A stretch of 64,000 nucleotides of DNA. Source: Phallusia mammillata (taxonomy: Eukaryota). Below, piece after piece: positions 58,901 to 64,000 of the stretch. Below the pieces are notes generated by a model that was not told the origin of the DNA, did no database searches, and saw only the letters and a program-made list of their open reading frames with translations. Position 1 is the first letter of the stretch, and every line of letters starts with the position of its first letter. Location: the NCBI GenBank assembly GCA_965637545.1, contig OZ281498.1:8556001-8620000 (forward strand), in the 5' to 3' direction. The position numbers and the translations under genes are program-made.

Positions 58901-61900
58901 CTTATACCGTGATAATACATTTCCACTCTCAATGTGTTATTAAGTTGATCAATGTCTCGACAAGATGCACCTGTTTTCATATTGTGTGTCATTACCGCAA
59001 CTTTGTAAAGAATTTTTTTAAACTTTAAATATTTGTACACTCAAACGCAGGTACAATTTGAAACATTCCGAAAATTTGTCGCACAAAACCTTTTTTTTCA
59101 TTTTCTGGGCAATCATGTTTTTGTATGTTTGCAAACATAACTTCATGAACTTAAAGAAAGTTCCGTTTAGTTTTACTTACACACATATTAATATTTGCAG
59201 GTGCAGACAGATTTTATCGGCACTTAGTTACTTGCATAGCTGTGATCCTGCCATCGTCCATGGTAATCTGACATGTGACACAATATTTATTCAACACAAC
59301 GGCTTGCTCAAAATTGGATCAGGTTTTTATTGTTGTTGTTTTTCAGCATAGCTGTTGTAACATAAAAAAAGCATTATTGTACATTGTAATGTGTTAAAAA
59401 GTCATTTAACATGTTTTAAACATTATCCCTAAAGTAAACTTGTAATATTTCTTAAAAAAGTAAATGTGTCGAAAAAAACTTTTTGGGGGGATTTGTGCAA
59501 AATCGACCTGTTTTTTTCCAAGCAGTGATTTATGGAAGGTTGTTTGTTGTTGCAAATCAGGAGTTAGAAATAGGATGAATTTCCAGGCATGCGCGGTAAT
59601 ATTATTGGACTCCACCATAAACCGGAACAACATGCATCTTCTCACGTATAATACACACGCAACTTGCAGCAACTAATATATAGATCATTTGCAGGCCTTC
59701 ACACCGCAGCTGATAAATCGATTTTCCGTCTTAGTCATCGCACGTTAGGGAATTTACCTAACTTTAGTACGCGCTTCCTTTAATTCAACTAGATACCAGA
59801 TAGAGCGAGAGCTACGAACACAGGAACTCACACGTACAAAAGTTTGCGAAATTTCGGTAGGTGGCGCAAAGAACATTCGCGAACTTTTAAAATCCAATTT
59901 GTGTGAAAAAATGCTGACGGTTAGGGCTAGTAGGGTTGGGCCCACAATAATAATAACAATAAAATCAAATAAAAAAACTAGTTCGTTATGTTAAATTTTG
60001 TCCCCAGCCCCATCCCAGTCTCACTGTGAATATAAAAAATTGCGCTCTTTACGCCATCTTTCAGTATTTAGTAACTTTCCTACAGTCAGTTCCTATGTTA
60101 GTATTTCCCCCATTCAATGGTTGCTTGCGTTTGGTGCAAACCTTTATGTCCTGTATACACGGAAGCGCAGACTTCACTATGCGTTGTGGATTGGATGAAA
60201 AATGACCGTTGCCTGTGTATACTGTAAACCACCTGTCATGTTCTAGTCCAGTCTGCTGATGTCATATTGTTTACGTGCGAACTGCAATATCCGTGGCTGA
60301 CTTGCAATTGTTTAGGTTCATTGCCGTCCAATTTTCTGCCTACGTGCGTTTCAAGGGGCGAAAAATTGCTATGATAAATGGGTTTTCGAGAGGGGTAGTA
60401 TTGACAAATGATATAGTCAGGCTAAAGGTAACGGATTAATAGAGAAATGAAAATTTATTTTTGCAATTTACTAAAAAGTAAACAATTGTTATCTTGCTTT
60501 GTTTGATGAACGAGATAAAATAGGAAAACGCGTTTGTAATATAAAAGGGAAAATATAACCCTTTTATATTACAAACACGTTTTCCTATTTTATCTCGTTC
60601 ATCAACGGTATTTTGTTCCTTTACTCTGAAACAATTTCTTCCATAAAAGCCTGTGTAGCTAAGGCGGTAGAGCGCCAGTCCCGGAAAGACTTCAGTCGTG
60701 GGTTGAAATCCCACCGCAGAATAGTATTTTCTAGCCTACGCCTTTTCATATTTTGTAATCCTGTGTAGACCGATTTGCTTTGATACAACGCTTCCAATCA
60801 GCATATCGTACTTCGAATTAAATATGTGTGAGTCGTACTTGAGGGTCCAAAATTTCTGCAGTGCTTGACATATAAATTAAAGTACCCACGGGGCCCTAGG
60901 TATGCCACTGTCGTGGGTTTGAATCCCATCGCAGGCCTGATTTTTCTACCTTATACCTTACTGTACATAGGAATGCTTGGAAGGCCAGCTCGTACTATGA
61001 TTCTTTGTTAAAAAGTTCCATTTATTTTACAGTTGCACCGGATGCGATTAGAAATCACGTGAAAACTTATTTGGAAATCCACAAAAACTTTCACTACTTT
61101 GCACCAGAATGTACAGGTGGGTCATTTTCTTTACTGTATCGCACACGGTTAGCAGTTATCCCTAGCAAATAAAATCATGTGCTAAACACAGTTTTTGAAA
61201 ATGTGGTTAAAAATGTGTCAACAAAATTTGTGTTTTTTTTTCTTTGTCACCCAATCGACAATTTATTTGTACAATCAAACAAATACTAGAAACACTATAC
61301 ACGTACTTAAAATGAAGTTTAATTAAGATCATACATGCCAAGGAACTTGTCTATATGTAAAATGAATTTTCACACAGACGTTTTAACAAGAATGACAGCG
61401 AATTTTAAAACGTCTGCTTAAAGATGTGTTCCATACGAAAACGTTAGGTTTTGATTAAGCAAATAATCCTTTGTTGATTTTTTTGTTACTTTTAAATTTT
61501 TATCACCAAATTACCATCTGTACTGAACGAAAAATAACTGGAACGTATGTTTTTACAACAGATACAGAAACAGGTAACATCACTCCTGCAGTCGATATAT
61601 ACTCCTTTGGCATTTGTGCATTGGAAATGGCGCTACCCAAAGTTCAATTAGTCGGCGAAAACAAGAAAATAACACCTGCAGATATCGATAGAGCAGTTAA
61701 TATGTTGGACGATACGCAGCAAAGAAACTTCTTGAGGTAATATTTTGGGTTCCTGTGAAACTACAAGTGTTCTGTTCAAATCCGCATTTTAAGCAAATCT
61801 ATATTGTGACAGAGGTACAACGTTTTTTTGTCACATCGTATTTGGTTTAACTCCTTAATCCCAGTGTTTATAAGATCCATTTGATTAGTGATTTATCCGA

Positions 61901-63397
61901 GTATTCTGACCTCTTGACCAGTGTTTTTCAACATTTTTTGAACCACCAAACACTATACGCAATAAAATAATCTTGCGCACACCAAACAAAATTTTATGAT
62001 TATGCAATAAAATAAACAAAAGCTGACACTCAACTACTGTATTTTACTTAAGCAGCAACAGGCCCTCGCTAATACATTTTGAATACTTCACAACCAGTTT
62101 TATTTTTGCACAATAATAAATGAAGCAATTATCGATGAAATTGTTGATAGTGGAAAATTGTTTTCATAAAAGAAAAGCTATTTACGCTCATTATGTTGAC
62201 ACAGTGGTTTTCGACCGGTGTTCTATGAAACACTAGTCAAACTCATCAATTCCTTGCGAAACACCTGACGATCTTTTGCGGAACACCGGTTGAAAACCAA
62301 TAAATTTTGCAAGGGAAACATAAAGGCACTGTTTTTGGTTAGAATCGGAGACTACTTAAATTAAGTGAAGTCGGGCTCCCACATTTTTTGAAAAATTAAG
62401 TCTGTTTCGAATATTTTTACCGACTCCACATGCTCAAATATCTACGTGCATGTTCGCACAAGCAGAGCATATAATAATAAATTATGCCATCATCTTAGGG
62501 GAGCCGAGTTTGTGACTTACGTAAAGCTGGTGCCCTGACTTCATTTAAACCCAAGGGTCACATGTCAGCGGTCACGTTTGTCAATATATTGACGGCGGTT
62601 TACGAAAGTTACGTTCCTGCTATAGTTTCCTCAAAGTTTGACCGATCTATTGACCTTTGTGTTTCGCTATTGCACGAATTATGTTTTTTAAGCGGTTAGA
62701 AATTTGTTATATAGCAGAAACATTTTCGTAACACACCAATAAACGCGGAGTAAGCTGCAGACAGTACACACTGTCTCGACGTAAAAGGCCTCACCAGTAG
62801 TCACACTGCAGTTTGTTAGGAGTAACAGCCTGAATTGGCCACACTAGGCGACACAGCCAATGCCTTGTAACCAGCTGCACTGGCGAGACCTTATAGGTCG
62901 AAACAGTGTGTATTGTCTGTAGCTTATAAACAAAACAAAAATGCAAAACAAATTCGTGGTTTGTGACTGATTTTTTTTCCGAATATGCTTTTCATAGCTA
63001 TAAGCTGCCGTATTCCTGTATTTTTGCAAAAAATAATTTAAAACGTTTGACGGACTGAGTATAGCTGGTTTCCAATAAAAGCTTACTTGACAATATTAGA
63101 CCCTAAAATAGAGCTTATTTGACAAAGTTTAAAATACCAGGGAAGTCGCATTAAAATGGCCTTTGTTGGGGCAACGGCTTTGCTTTGAAACAACGTATTT
63201 GGCAGTTCCAAATTAAAACGGACTAGGCATGACAGATGCTTATCTGCATAAACTAATAAAAATTTCATTTATTAGATTGTGCATATCCAAGGACCCGGCC
63301 GAGCGCCCTTCAGCCCGTGATCTCTTGCTCCACCCAGTGTTGTTCGAAGTCCACTCTCTTAAACTCCTGTCGGCGCACGCATTCGTCAAGCATCAAG
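55970..63397 (+). CDS. NRBP: Nuclear receptor-binding protein (pseudokinase), 5' part; continues beyond the last exon found
   Basis: Exons 55970-56086, 57278-57400, 58064-58174, 58756-58859, 59201-59322, 61033-61116, 61562-61736, 63276-63397. Motifs [110 protein letters not shown]. Confidence 0.95.
56830..57120 (+). mobile_element. tRNA-derived SINE (family S3) with shared tail
   Basis: Head GATGGTGCAGTGGTTAGTGC; tail ATTGTGAGCATAATGCATTCAGTCATTGCCCTCCCACAGAGGATAAA is shared with 28690-28745 and 36410-36445. Confidence 0.6.
57464..57849. mobile_element. hAT MITE, 386 bp
   Basis: TIRs TAGTGATGCACCGAA / TTCGGTGCATCACTA, CCGAA subrepeats, perfect 8-bp TSD GTTTTCAT. Confidence 0.92.
60648..61000 (+). 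mobile_element. Two S1 SINE pieces
   Basis: TGTAGCTAAGGCGGTAGAGCGC...GGGTTGAAATCCCACCGCAG at 60655-60720; second box B plus body at 60908-61000. Confidence 0.7.
62750..62928. mobile_element. H1 element copy G with two inverted, mutated hammerheads
   Basis: Plus strand 62873-62924: AGCTGCA-CTGGCGA-GACCTTATAGGTC-GAAACAGTGTGTATTGTC-TGTAGCT. Minus strand 62753-62800: CTGGTGA-GGCCTTTTACGTC-GAGACAGTGTGTACTGTC-TGCAGCT. Confidence 0.85.
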
Positions 63398-63764
63398 GTT
63401 TGGACAATGATTTGTCTAAATCTGTTTCCTGTTTTTTACTGACGTTATAGGATTCGCCCGATTTGCCTCGCCTGTATCGGGTTTTTTCCGCACTTAATGT
63501 CGAATATCTGCGCCGACACCGTATTTCAGGGCCAACCCTTCTACGTTGAGCATTTAAGCTGCACCCCGCCATCTTAAAGACGATTTTTATCAGCAAAATG
63601 TTATGTTTTTTAACATTCCGATTTAACCATAAGAACTTTGTGACAAGTTGACTACGTTTTATATTATTGCAATGGCAGTGTGGTTATATTTTTGATTTAA
63701 TAGATTTTAAACGAGTCCTATGTGGACTATTAAATTCGTTTTGGGTAAAAACTGGTAAATCTGG

Positions 63765-64000
63765 CGATCCCTCACTACGATGCTGGAAGGTGCAGCATAC
63801 GAGGCAGACAACCGTACTTGTAATGGTGCAGCTCAGTTGATAGAGCGCGAGTCCCAGAAAGACATATGTCATGGGTTCGAATCCCACCGCAGGCTAGATT
63901 TTTCTGGCCTACGCCTTGCCATAGACGGAAATGGGAATGATTGGAGACCGATTGATTCTGTATTACGCCTTTAATGTAGGCTTGGCGTATTGCGGGTAGA
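63765..64000 (+). mobile_element. S1 SINE with 5' leader, runs to the window end
   Basis: GCGATCCCTCACTACGATGCTGGAAGGTGCAGCATACGAGG leader; box A GCAGCTCAGTTGATAGAGCGC; box B GGGTTCGAATCCCAC; family body. Confidence 0.8.

Noticed and set aside
59750-60000. Helentron/DINE-like fragment in NRBP intron 5
   Set aside because: Only short suggestive motifs (AAATTTCGGTAGGTGGCGC, AAT repeats); ends cannot be defined.
63445-63560. Next NRBP exon after 63397
   Set aside because: Candidate acceptors give stops or peptides unlike the NRBP C-terminal region; the gene most likely continues outside the window.

Overview
AT-rich, intron-rich animal genomic DNA. The short introns, a TRPN channel, splice acceptors just upstream of start codons and the SINE style fit an ascidian/tunicate, but that is an inference. 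Genes I could assemble exon by exon with consistent reading phase: a gene joining a LINE-ORF1-like N-terminus to two C2H2 fingers (+, 1507-3993); an intronless TLR7/8/9-like Toll-like receptor (-, 5527-8619); a stand-alone PHM amidating monooxygenase (-, 9546-14279); the 36-exon mechanosensory channel nompC/TRPN1 (-, 17582-45789); a tentative orphan gene (-, 49203-52566); an intronless SH3-less p67phox/NOXA1-like gene (+, 53735-55252); and the 5' part of NRBP (+, from 55970). Introns contain 8-bp-TSD hAT MITEs, tRNA-derived SINEs and small satellites. The most striking signal is a population of type I hammerhead ribozyme motifs: about a dozen cores in three structural variants. They sit in short non-coding Penelope/retrozyme-like elements that usually carry an inverted anti-ribozyme copy of their own 3' end. 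Examples are a near-perfect 200-bp double-hammerhead palindrome in the last nompC intron and an intact sense-strand hammerhead about 50 nt upstream of a PHM splice acceptor. All RNA structures were paired by eye; no folding or database searches were run.
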